Shown: positions 17,427 through 28,600 of the stretch, piece by piece
Layout: the number at the start of each line of letters is the position of its first letter
How positions within the stretch are numbered: position 1 is the first letter of the stretch
Source of the DNA: a virus
Length of the DNA: 64,000 nucleotides
Virus record (IMG/VR): IMGVR_UViG_3300044614_001780
Direction: 5' to 3' (one strand)
Notes under the pieces: generated by a model
The model's database searches: none
What the model saw: the letters and a program-made list of their open reading frames with translations, nothing else
Told to the model about the DNA's origin: nothing
Translations under genes and position numbers: made by a program

Positions 17427-17900
17427 TTTTTGTTTCTATTTTGTTTCTGAATGAATTTTTTTGCTGTTTCTAATGTGAGATGCACACATATTTGTTCTCC
17501 ATTAAAAATGGAGATGTATTTTTTACCCCAAGGAACTGCTGCCCATAGACCATTAGAGCTGATGTATCCATCCATGATTTCCTCTTCTTGTTTACTCATC
17601 TTGAATAATCATCATAATCAACATCTGGATGCAAAAACTCTACATAATCGTCAAAGTCAACCCCAAGATATTCGGCAAATTGTTTTAATTCTTCAAGGTG
17701 TTTAGCATCATTTTTGCTTTTTACTTTTGCTTCTTTGTTCATCTCTACCACCATCAGTAACCATGTCTGGAAATCATTTGCTCCATTCTATCTTCTCTAT
17801 ATTCGTCTTCTTCTTGTTGTGTCTCTTGATGAGTTTCAGATAAATTTTGATAGTCCTCGTAAATTGAATCTGCGTCTTTTTCGAAAAAAGGGGAACTCAT
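17423..17900 (-). CDS. Three coupled small ORFs (17754..17900, 17596..17754, 17423..17599), not in ORF track
   Basis: Manual translations MSSPFFEKD..., MVVEMNKEA..., MSKQEEEIM...; TGATG and ATGA overlaps. Confidence 0.6.
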
Positions 17901-17950
17901 AAGAAGAAAGGGGGTAGAAGGGTCGTTTTTATATAGTCAGGAAGGGGGGA

Positions 17951-19087
17951 TTACCCCACCTCCTTAGTTTCGGTTTGCTTAAATTCAGCATCAATCTTGT
18001 CATACAACTCAACAAAAGTTGTTTTAGTTTCATCATCAAAACGATTCAGACAAACTTTGATTGCTTTGTCCTTCTTACCGAAGATGGAATATGCCTTGAT
18101 GATATGTACCAGACGACGAGTGCTGATGACTTCATCAATACCACCATCGTTGAAGGTCTTACGAATAATCTCAGACCAAGTACAAAGGTGTTTGATGAAA
18201 TCGGTATGCTCACCAATCATAGGAATATTAAGTGATTCCGCAACCTTAGTCAAGATTTTAGTCTCAACAGTAACAGTAGGATATTCCTGCTCAAAGGTGA
18301 TAGGGAATCGTTCCAGGAATGCCTCGTTGAGAACATTGGTGCCGATGAAACGACCATCATCAGAACCTTTACCCTTGGTGTTTGCAGTTGCAATCACATT
18401 GAAACCTGCCTTGGGCACAACGTGCTTACCGATTTTCTTGAGGAATACACCCTTACCCTCAAGCACAGACTGCAGACACATAATCTTGTTAGAAGCAAGG
18501 TCAACCTCATCCAGTAGAAGGATTGCACCACGTTCCATTGCTTCTACCACAGGACCGTTATGCCAGACAGTTTCACCATTCACGAGACGGAAACCACCAA
18601 TCAGGTCATCCTCATCGGTCTCAATCGTGATGTTGACACGAATCAGTTCACGACCAAGTTGGGCACAAGACTGTTCCACACCGAAAGTTTTTCCGTTGCC
18701 AGAAAGACCAGTGATGAAAGCAGGATAGAATAGACCAGACTGAATAACTTTCTTAATATCCGAAAAGTTACCAAAGCTGACGAAGGTAGCATCTTTCTTG
18801 GGAATGAGATTTTGCACGACAGAATTCATAGTTGCCACACCAGGAACCGTATCGGAACCCTCTGCAGCAGGAGAGTTGTAAGTTTCTTCAAGTTCTTGCA
18901 CGGTTGCCTCCAGATTCCATTTGCCACGACCCACTTTATACTGATTCAGATATTTGGAAAGGGTCGCATACGAAGTGCCAATTTCATTTGCAACTTCTTT
19001 CACTGCATCAGCACCAAACTCGGTGCCGAACTTTTCCTTCAGAATGGAGATTGCTTGGTCAGTCATAATGTTAGATTTGTAAGGCAT
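17951..19087 (-). CDS. cobS: CobS-like AAA+ ATPase (MoxR family)
   Basis: Walker A GLSGNGKT, Walker B LLLDEVD, ATANTKGKGSDDGRF, CbbQ-like C-terminus; likely start MPYKSN. Confidence 0.93.
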   Translation of the reverse strand: MPYKSNIMTDQAISILKEKFGTEFGADAVKEVANEIGTSYATLSKYLNQYKVGRGKWNLEATVQELEETYNSPAAEGSDTVPGVATMNSVVQNLIPKKDATFVSFGNFSDIKKVIQSGLFYPAFITGLSGNGKTFGVEQSCAQLGRELIRVNITIETDEDDLIGGFRLVNGETVWHNGPVVEAMERGAILLLDEVDLASNKIMCLQSVLEGKGVFLKKIGKHVVPKAGFNVIATANTKGKGSDDGRFIGTNVLNEAFLERFPITFEQEYPTVTVETKILTKVAESLNIPMIGEHTDFIKHLCTWSEIIRKTFNDGGIDEVISTRRLVHIIKAYSIFGKKDKAIKVCLNRFDDETKTTFVELYDKIDAEFKQTETKEVG

Positions 19088-19108
19088 CGGTTGGTTGATT
19101 ACCCTCTT

Positions 19109-19165
19109 ATTATAGGGCATATTGGGGCAGAGTGAGGGGCAGAGTGGACACTGCCCCAACTGGTC
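19109..19165 (-). promoter_or_regulatory. Early promoter with upstream palindromic box
   Basis: GACCAGT-N6-AGTGTCCAC...TATAAT. Confidence 0.7.
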
Positions 19166-21353
19166 AGGCAACCATAGAAATAAAGTTGCTAAGGAGTTTC
19201 TTGTTAGTCTTTTTCTTACCAAGAACTTTACTAAAAGCAGTTTTAATTTGTGCTTTTGTTGCATTCTCGGGAACAACAAAGTCCTCATCTTGTGCAAGAG
19301 AACTGGCAGCAATCACATTGAATTGGTCAAATCCAGTGTCTTGGAATTGAACACAACCTTGCTTACGAAACTCACCTTTGACCTTTTCGTAGTTCTCACA
19401 ACCATTGCCATACCAACGATGACACATTGCGAAATCACGTCCAGGAGTGATGCGGAAGTTAATCACATTCACAGTCGGGAACCTATCTTTCACAGTTTGC
19501 AGAAGAACCTTGGCATAACGAGGGAAGTTATCATAATCCAGTGCAGCATAGACACGACCAGTCTTCCTATCACGAATAGCAGTGCGATGATGCTTTGTGT
19601 TGCCAACGTAATCAGGAGAATCGGGATAACGACCTTTACGGGAAACTGTCACAGAATTCTGATAACCTTCACCGTCAGTCAGGAAGATAACATTCACCTT
19701 CTGCAATTTATTCTTTGCCTGGAAGTCAGGAATCAAAGAATGAAGTGCCATCAGACTTTCACCGATAGGAGAACCAGAAAGGTCCAGGTGAGGAGGAACA
19801 GCACCACTGCGTTTCTGATAAGACCAGCAAGCACACCAGATATTCTTGAGTTGTTCTTCAAGAACACGATTGTTGGTTTTACTGGTGAAGAAGTTCATCA
19901 GACGGAAAGAGTTTTCAGGTGCAAGAACACCAGGAACTCGGTCATACACAGGAGGATGATGTGGTTGCAGTTCCATATAAGAATGTGCATCCAGAGTGAA
20001 AGCATACACTTCAAAGGGAATGTTCACCTTACGGCAGAACCAAATGAGATTCAGCAGTTGCTTGTAAGCATCCAGAATAAACTCACTCATTGAACCAGAC
20101 CAGTCAAGAATGAAGACGAGACCGTGATTCTTACCATCAGGAACCACAGAAATCTTCTTAAACAGGTCTTCGTTGAACTTATAGGTGTGGAGTTTAGAAG
20201 TATCCAGAACACCCGTGCGAGCAGTGCTAGAACGAGCATACTGGTCAGCAGACTTCTTGCACTCAAACTCTTTTACCAGATAAGAAACTTCCTTCTCGGC
20301 AGACTTCTTATAGGTATTATATTCCTGACAAGCAACCTTGAAGGTTTCTGCAACATAGGTTCCCTTCTGTTCATAATATTCCTTTGCTTTTGCGTGAATA
20401 AAGTCATTAGGAATCACCATCGTCTCAAGATTCATCTTGGGAAGTTCCACATAGTTAGTTTCTTGTGCAAACTTATCCACAAGGTCTTGAGACTTTTCAT
20501 CAAAGGAACGAGAAGTTTTAGAAGTCAACTCATCACGATTAGTTTTCTCATGCGTATTGCTTGCTTCCTGACCGAAACCACCACCATTCGGTGCCTCCAT
20601 AGACTTATTCATATCATCACCGAAGGATTCACCTTCAGTTTGAGACTGACCCTGCGAATCTTGCTGAAGATTACTTTTGTTCTGTCCGTCTTCATTTTCT
20701 CCATCCTCAGAAGAAGAACCCTGCGGACCCTCTACTTCTTCACCACCAGGACCAGACATTTCATCTCCACCACCTTGAGTAGGCATAGAGTCCACCTTTT
20801 GACGTTTGTATTGAACAAACTCCGTGATTTCACGAGCAAGTTGCAGCACTTCATCAAACGTTTCGGTCTGAATTGCACGAGTCAGAAACTCATTCTCTTC
20901 ATCAGAGAAAGCAATGTTATGAAATGCACCAATCTTGTAGTACAGATTGATTCGATCAATGAAAGTCAGTTCATCCAGGTTCTCTTCCTTAGTTGAAAAG
21001 AAATCATCAGTGTTCAGTTCATTATAACCATTGTAGAAGGTGCGAGAAAGACCAGGATACTTTTTCTTCATCAGACGTTCTACACGAACATCCTCAAGAA
21101 CATTCACAAAATCCTTAGGAACTTCAGAATACTCTTTGGTCCAGTCAATATTATCAGTAAACAATGCGTGTCCCACTTCGTGACCCACCAGAAGGTCATA
21201 GACAGTCGCAGATGCTTTATCCCAAGTAGGGAGAGTCAGAACACGACGGTCCACATCAAACATTGCAGTCGGAACTTTCTTATGTTCGATAATCAGGTTC
21301 TCAGTTGCCAGACATTTGGCAAGGGAACCTTTAACTTCTAGGTTGACGGGCAT
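19164..21353 (-). CDS. CobT-like metallopeptidase/VWA-domain protein
   Basis: HEVGH zinc motif, acidic linker, MIDAS DWSGSM and LTDGE; likely start MPVNLE. Confidence 0.88.
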   Translation of the reverse strand: MPVNLEVKGSLAKCLATENLIIEHKKVPTAMFDVDRRVLTLPTWDKASATVYDLLVGHEVGHALFTDNIDWTKEYSEVPKDFVNVLEDVRVERLMKKKYPGLSRTFYNGYNELNTDDFFSTKEENLDELTFIDRINLYYKIGAFHNIAFSDEENEFLTRAIQTETFDEVLQLAREITEFVQYKRQKVDSMPTQGGGDEMSGPGGEEVEGPQGSSSEDGENEDGQNKSNLQQDSQGQSQTEGESFGDDMNKSMEAPNGGGFGQEASNTHEKTNRDELTSKTSRSFDEKSQDLVDKFAQETNYVELPKMNLETMVIPNDFIHAKAKEYYEQKGTYVAETFKVACQEYNTYKKSAEKEVSYLVKEFECKKSADQYARSSTARTGVLDTSKLHTYKFNEDLFKKISVVPDGKNHGLVFILDWSGSMSEFILDAYKQLLNLIWFCRKVNIPFEVYAFTLDAHSYMELQPHHPPVYDRVPGVLAPENSFRLMNFFTSKTNNRVLEEQLKNIWCACWSYQKRSGAVPPHLDLSGSPIGESLMALHSLIPDFQAKNKLQKVNVIFLTDGEGYQNSVTVSRKGRYPDSPDYVGNTKHHRTAIRDRKTGRVYAALDYDNFPRYAKVLLQTVKDRFPTVNVINFRITPGRDFAMCHRWYGNGCENYEKVKGEFRKQGCVQFQDTGFDQFNVIAASSLAQDEDFVVPENATKAQIKTAFSKVLGKKKTNKKLLSNFISMVA

Positions 21354-21377
21354 CTGGTGTGCTTTTGAACTCCGTTC

Positions 21378-21438
21378 ATCATAGCAGAAAAAAGGGGAGG
21401 ACACCACTCCCCCCCTTGACACTGCGTAAACCGTCCAC
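21378..21438 (-). promoter_or_regulatory. Terminator overlapping an early promoter and palindromic box
   Basis: GGACGGT-N6-AGTGTCA; GGGGAG...CTCCCC-TTTTTT; TGCTATGAT. Confidence 0.65.
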
Positions 21439-21487
21439 CACCATAGACGGGTCTAGATTTCTCAAAGTTACAAAGAAACCTCAAGAC
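21388..21487 (-). ncRNA. Candidate small RNA of about 100 nt
   Basis: Own TTGACA-17-TATGCT promoter (21522-21494), internal hairpin CCGTCTAT/GTGGACGG, ends in a terminator. Confidence 0.4.
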
Positions 21488-21554
21488 TTATACAGCATAA
21501 CACTGAATCTTGAGGTTGTCAACTATTGACGAGGGTGGTTTTATTTGGTTAAAA

Positions 21555-21731
21555 TCACTCTGCTGAGTTTGATGATGAATCTTTATCTAATTCGTTAAGA
21601 GCTTCTAATGCTCCTTGAATTTTTAAATATTGCTCTTTTTTTAGATTAAAATCTTGTTCTAATTGAATAAGTTCATTTCTAAGTTCTTCTGCTTTTGCGA
21701 GAAGAGTTTCATTCATTGTTTTCGCATCCAT
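21555..21731 (-). CDS. Small coiled-coil protein after the fibre genes (58 aa, not in ORF track)
   Basis: MDAKTMNETLLAKAEELRNELIQLEQDFNLKKEQYLKIQGALEALNEL...; TAAATA site upstream. Confidence 0.65.
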   Translation of the reverse strand: MDAKTMNETLLAKAEELRNELIQLEQDFNLKKEQYLKIQGALEALNELDKDSSSNSAE

Positions 21732-21767
21732 ATGCTTATTAATTTAAAATAACTACAAAAATATTTA

Positions 21768-22568
21768 TCAGGTTTTCATAATGAAGCAAAGAGCATAATA
21801 TGGAGGTCTGTTTTCGTGTGCTGCTCCACTTCCTGCTGTAGACATAGAGTGAGAGTGATTTCCAGCACTATTAATTGAAACACTGTGTGAGTGTCCTCCT
21901 CCAGTTATACTAAAATTATGTGCATGAGGTCCACTTGCCCCACCAGTGTTAAAATTATGAGCATGGTCTCCAGCATCACTAGTAGTTCCACCTTGCGGGT
22001 TTGCACCATCTCTAGCACCACCACCACTTGTTCCTCTTTGTGGCAGAGTTAAAGTATATCCGTGATTGTGTCTTCCTTGAGTATCTGTTGTTCCACTATG
22101 AAAATGATTTGCTGTTTCATTACTGGTAGTTCCAGTATGGGTGTGATCTCCAGCACCACTAGTAGACCCACTGTGAGAGTGATCTCCAGCACTTGAAATT
22201 GAATGACTATGCGATGGCATTTGAGATTCAGAAAGTGATACTGAATCTACTCCACCAATAGAACCAGTAGAATAATTACTTCCAGCACCGACAATGAATC
22301 TATCCCTTAAATCTGGTGTTCCATTTTGTCCATTACATAATGTCCATCCAGAAGGAATATTAAGTACTGTTCCAGACCACATAACAATTCCACCAGTTGG
22401 GAAAAAGTTAATAGATGCATCTAATTTTTGTGCAGTAACTGAACGGTCTGCAAGTTTTGCTGTTGTTACTTGGAGATTTCCAATTGCTGCAGTTAAAACA
22501 GAGTCTGGTGCCAAATCTGCAGCAACTATTTTTCCATCTTTAATGATTTCTATTTCTGTTCTTGACAT
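21768..22568 (-). CDS. Short tail-fibre / tail-collar protein with HxH metal-binding repeats
   Basis: PTGGIVMWSG...GWTLCNGQNGTPDLRDRFIVGAG collar domain; AGDHSH repeats; HENRPPYYAL. Confidence 0.85.
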   Translation of the reverse strand: MSRTEIEIIKDGKIVAADLAPDSVLTAAIGNLQVTTAKLADRSVTAQKLDASINFFPTGGIVMWSGTVLNIPSGWTLCNGQNGTPDLRDRFIVGAGSNYSTGSIGGVDSVSLSESQMPSHSHSISSAGDHSHSGSTSGAGDHTHTGTTSNETANHFHSGTTDTQGRHNHGYTLTLPQRGTSGGGARDGANPQGGTTSDAGDHAHNFNTGGASGPHAHNFSITGGGHSHSVSINSAGNHSHSMSTAGSGAAHENRPPYYALCFIMKT

Positions 22569-22601
22569 ATTATATCCTTTTTAATTATTTATTTTTTGGG
22601 A

Positions 22602-25600
22602 TTAGTATTTAATAACAGGAAGTAGTGCTACATATGGAGGTCTATTTTCATGAGCAGATCCAGAACCAGTAGAAGAAACTGTAATTGTGTGGGTATGACC
22701 AGTAACTGCATCAATTGAAACACTGTGTGAGTGTCCTCCAGAAGGATTTAATGACATATTGTGAGAATGACTTCCTCCAGGATTTAATGACATAGTGTGT
22801 GAGTGGTTTCCTGCTGGATTCAGTGACATACTATGAGAGTGATCTCCAGCATTTCCAGTACCATCACCATTTGTGCTAGTCCATTTTCCAGGTCCACCTC
22901 CAGGTTGTGTACTTGATTTGTCACTTGGTCTTTGATAGTTGTGATTGTGACTACCAGCAGAACTTGTAGAACCACTGTGAGAGTGATCCCCAGCAGAACT
23001 ACTTGAACCACTGTGGGAGTGATCTCCAGCAGATGTAGAAGAACCACTATGTGTATGGTCTCCTGCATTACTAGTAGATGAACCAGCATGAGAGTGACCA
23101 CCAGCATCAGAAGAATTTGCCGAATGGCTATGAGATGGGAGTTGATCTGTAGTTAATGATACGGTATTAGCACCTCCAGTAGACCCAATTGGATAAGAAT
23201 TTCCAGAACCCGCAGTAAAATAATTTCTCAAATCTGGTAGTTTTCCAGCAGCACCATAGGTTGTTGCTAGCATTGTATATAACGGAGCAAAGTTGGCTGT
23301 TACTCCTTGTACTGTTCCTGTTCCATTTGGAACTAGGTCTCCATTACATACCAAATATCCATCTGGTGCTGCAGCAGTAGCAAAATAAAATACCGATCCA
23401 GTTGGAACACCAGGTGGAATTGATTTCCATCCCACACCAGTCTGAGAAGAAGAATCTGCAGTTAAAACAGTTCCATTTGCTCCAACTTCTTGCATGACAG
23501 CAGTGTTGTCACGAATGCCAATAGGAATCTGACCCTTTCTATCCCATGCTGGGTCTGAAAGCAGTGCTCCCTGTCCACCAAGTGCAATAATAAAACAACC
23601 CAATCCAGCACTAGGAGCAGTAGTAAATCTTATTGTTGAAGTATAAGCACCATCTACATTAGTTGGAATTAGATAATCAGTATTTCCTTTTTGAATTACA
23701 CCACCAAGAGAAACAATCAGGTTAATAGGTCCAACTGGAACAAATGGAGTTCCACCATCTCTAGTTAAGTTAAACGTAATTGTTGTTCCATCAAATGCAC
23801 CAGATATATCATCAAGAATAATTGAGTTTCCTACTGGATATGTTGAAACTGTAATTGGAGGTCCAGGAATGAATCCGAGAGAATTAATGAAATCTTGTCC
23901 AGTTAAAATGCTATCTGTTCCATTTGCTCTTAAGAAGTTTGTTGGTGCTCCTGGATTCTTCTTAATAAATGATCTGCCAAAAATATCACCATCAGCATCA
24001 GCAGAACCAGTTAGGTCAAAGTCACCACCAACAAGCAATCCTTGAGTAATTGTAGTGATTCCAGCAACTCTTAAGTTACCTCCTATCGCAGCATTGCTTG
24101 CCAATGAAAGTGTTCCACCCAGAGTGGTATCACCAGTTGCACTCAATGTGCCTTGAATTGATGTATTGCCATGGTAACCACCAACATAAAGATTACCAGC
24201 AATTCCAACACCACCACCTACAACAAGAGCACCAGTTCCAGTGCTATTGGATTGTGTTGTACCTCTGATGGTAACAGTGGCATTTGCAGCATTACTTCCC
24301 ATGCTTAATGTTGTTGCTGCTTGGAAAGCATTTATAATTACAGCATTATTGTTTAATAGACTAAATGTTGGACTTACTGTTGCTAAAGAGTTTCCACCAA
24401 GAGTTAGTGTTCCAGCAATAGTAGTATCACCATTTGAAGCAATTCTTAGTTTTGTTTCTAATGGGTTTTCGAAATTTTCTAATCCATAAGCAAGAGTTGC
24501 TTCTGGATTTGCTAATTTCCATGCATATGAATCACTTGCATCAATTCCAGCATACCAACGACGGTTTGCATTATTATTTGTAATATCCCATGACATTACA
24601 ACGTCACCACTTCCTGCTTGAGTTAATTTGAAGTGATTTCCTTTTAATTCTGTTCCACTATTATTTTGGAAAACTGTTACTGTTCCAGAAGAACCAACAA
24701 GAACTCTCTCTATATTCGAAGTTAATATTGATACTTGACCACCTGCATCAAAAGCATTAATATTTAATTTTGATAGTCCTCTATGAATGATATCGGTTCC
24801 TTCACCAGATGCCAAATCATTCTTTCGGATAACAAGTCCACCATTCTGATAAGTTCTATCATCTCCGTGAAGAATTACTGATGTGGACCCATCTGTATTT
24901 CCAATACCAATGTCAAAGACTCTTGAATTGTTGATGCGTGTAGTAATTGTTCCACCAATTGAAACAGAATTTCCAGTATTCAATTCTATCTTATTTCCAT
25001 CAACAACTAAATTATCAATAATTCTTGTTGTTCCAGAATCACTATCAATTGTTAAATCACCAATTACGGTATCAATTGTATTATCATCACGAACACCAAT
25101 ACGAATATTGCCAAATTTTGCACCAATACCAAAGATATTTGAATTGAAATCTACTCTTCCCGCAAAGGTGGAAATTCCAGTAACTTCTAAATCATTTAAT
25201 AGTGAAATTCCAGCAAGATGTATTTGGGTATAAGAGGAAGTTAATCCAGAAATTGGGTCTAATCCAGTTCCAGTAAATATTGCAGTTCTTTGAACAGTTG
25301 CATTTTGGAAAGTAACATTTCCCAAACTTTGTGGTTGAGTGAATACTACTTGACCATCTACGATTAAGTTTTGTACCTTTGATTCACCACGAACTTCAAA
25401 GTTAAATGAACTATCTGCTACAGTATTGACATGTAATTTATCTACTCTCACATCAAGAGTATCTGGTTGTCTGCTAATTACCCCGAATGGTCTCCATTCA
25501 TTGTTGACTCTTACATGACCAATATAACTCGATGGATTGGATAGTAAAGAAATATCACCAGAACGAGGAGCAGAAAGTGTGAGTGATGTTGGAGTTGAAA

Positions 25601-28600
25601 TACCAACAGTAATTAGTTTTGATTGTGCTGCTGTTCCTTTCAGGAGTAGATTTTTAGTCTCTATTCCAAAGTCTGATAAGTTAGTTACTTTTTGAGTAAA
25701 GTTTACTGGACCATAGAATTGTGATGCTTGATTATTATTCTCTCCACCCTCAACAGTAAGTCTTTGACGAACAAGCAATTCGTCAAAAATACCACTAGAA
25801 ACTGTTGCGGACTCTCCTTGAGAATCGTCTCCAGTGTATGTTAGGATTGGTGCTTCAATAACACTCTCTTCACCAGTAGCAGAACTTAGTTTTTTGCTTC
25901 CAGAGAAGAATTCACCTAAGTCATTCATTCCAGTATAAACTACTGAACCACCTCTCTGCTCTTTTGCTTGAGATGTCAAAACTTCATCTTCGGAAAGAAT
26001 TCTGTTTTGACGTTGTGGCATACCAGTTGAGTAGTTACCAGGACCGAAACCAAGATATTCAAAAGTGTGTCCAGATGCCCTCATGAATGAAGGTCTTCTA
26101 ACCTCTACTGGAAGAATTTTTATTTTTCTAGCTGCAGAACCAATAGGTGCAGTAGTCTTAAATGTTCCAAATTGACCACGAAGAACAGTAAATGGATTGG
26201 AAGAACTTGCAATTCTAATGATTTCGGAGTTTACTTGATAATAATCTCCTCTTCTTACTGCTGTAGGATCAGTAAAACTTATGGTGTTACTATTTCCGTC
26301 AAAAAGTTGATTTGTATAAACAGTGATTTTATCATAGATAGTTGAACCACGAGAACCAAGATTCTCTTCACCTCTACCAATATTTCTTGCATTAGGTGAT
26401 AGTGTTCTTCTTAAAACTACACCAGATGAAGAATATGCAGTTTGAGTTAGTCCATAAGAAACTACACTAAACGTATTGATTCCTACTGCTTCTCTAACTA
26501 CAAATTCACCGTTCAGAATATTTGAACCAGTTTGAACAATTCTTACTTTATTTCCTGGAAGCAATCCATGTGGAGATGCTGTGGTATAAGTAATAATTCC
26601 TGTTCTTACGTCACTAATTACTGAAGATGTAATTCCGCAAGATTCACCAGAAACAACTAGATAAGGCAATTCTCCATTGGTATTTGGTTCATACGTACTA
26701 ATTCCTGTTGGGGCACCAAGGACAACAGAATTTGAGTCTGGAATAGAAATAATTTTAAACGCATTATTTAATTCTTCTTGTGGGAAACCATTTAATTCAA
26801 TAACAGAATTTGAGTTATCATTAATTGCAGTAACGGTGACAACACTTGCTGTAGAACCACCAGGAATACTTAAAGTATCATTTACTCTATAAGAAGAACC
26901 AGGGTCTAGCAATTCCACATTAGAAATATTTCCAGATGGATCTGTGGTTACTTTTACAGTAGCACCGTTTCCACTTGAAATTACAGGGAATAACTGCTTG
27001 GAATATAATGTTTGGGATGCAGGATAACCAGAACCAGAAGTAAAAGTAATACTCTTGATTGAGTTTAGATTATGCTGAACATCAGTATTAACTGTTATGG
27101 TAGTATTTCCTACTCCACTCAATGCAACATAGGTTAATCCATATCCAACTTTGCTATTCTTTGCAAAGTAATTTAATGCTTCTCTTGTAATAGAATGTCT
27201 CTTATCACTTGTGACAATTTTTCCAAGAGTTTGAAGTTCCGCATAACTTACAGATGCCTTTGGATTTGTATCGAAATTATCTCTATCTAATTGAGGATAA
27301 AGATTTTTTACGTCTTGGTTAAATTGCTTTTTATTTAATCCAAATCCAACGTTAGATGTGGGAGCAACATTAGAACTTAAACAAATCAAATGATAAATTC
27401 CATCTTGTCCATCTGCACCTGGAATGTGTCTCTTTATTTGAGAAACTCTATAGATGAAGTAGGTATTTTTGTATGAATCTCTAGAGAATACTGGCAATGC
27501 CTCTCTTTGTTGTCTAGTATTTCTCGCATTAATATCATTCGAGAATGTTCCAGGATTTGTTGAAACCCCACTAATTGTGTATTGGAATTGTTTGGAACTT
27601 AAAATTGACTCTACTGAATAAATTCCATTATAAGAAGATACAATTCCAGTTGCATTTGGATTATTTGTACTTCTTACTTTTTGTATTTTTACTGTATCCC
27701 CAGCAATCAATCCATGAGGAAGTTCTGTGGTGATTGTTACTACTTGATTATAGTTAATTACTGTCCCTGCAGAAGCATCAATAATCACTCTTTCATTTCT
27801 TAAGTCCTTAGAACTTAATAGAGGATCATTTGTATATGAAATGCTAGTAACACCAACAGTCTTAGATTCTTGAATTACATAACCTGCTTCTGGTTGTTTC
27901 GCACTTTCATAGTCTTTTGGAATTACATATCTAATTTTATAGATTTTATCATCAATAGAACGATTATCTAACTTTCTCTTAATAAATGTTGATGATGTCT
28001 CTGTTCCAATAACGACAGTCCCAATGCCAACAATCGCACTATAAATTTCATTTTGGGTAGGATTAGTTGAACCAGTAACATACCAATTATTCTCAGACTC
28101 ATCAAATTGAATTGGGTGTCCAATTTCTCCTGGAAGTTTATCTGAAACCCTACTTACTACTGTTAGAACTCCTCCAGTATTTGACAAACCAAGTATTGGT
28201 ATATTGGCAATAGCATCATTTAGTGACTGTGCCAATTTAATTTGATTAGCACCAATACCTGTAGTGATTGCATAGTAAATTCCTTCGTTTTCGACTCCAT
28301 CAGGTGTCTGTCCAGTATCACTAACAATTCTAATTTTTTCACCATTGATTAATTGGTGATTTGTAGTGAATGACAGAATGTTGTTTACAATATTATTCTG
28401 TCCGTTTATTCTGGTTACTTCATATTCTTTCTTTGCGGAAGTTCCAACACCACCAGAAACTGGCATTAAAACTGGAGAACTATAGGTAGTTTGTGCTGTT
28501 CCAATAGTAATAGTTAAATATAATTTATCATTATCTCTTGCACCAATTCTATATCCATCGACTTGGAATGCAGGAACAATCTCTACATTATTTGCACCGT

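Noticed and set aside
17975-20996. Long plus-strand ORFs (243, 323 and 290 aa) antisense to cobS and the VWA peptidase
   Set aside because: They are shadows of the higher-GC, biased codon usage of the real genes; no motifs or RBS.
21373-21380. CGTTCATC on the plus strand resembling a glnA aptamer start
   Set aside because: It has no matching 3' half and is on the opposite strand to the local genes.
22690-23135. Regularly spaced repeats as a possible CRISPR array or DGR template/variable pair
   Set aside because: They are in-frame degenerate coding repeats without unique spacers. No reverse transcriptase gene is present in the window, and I saw no adenine-specific mismatch pattern.
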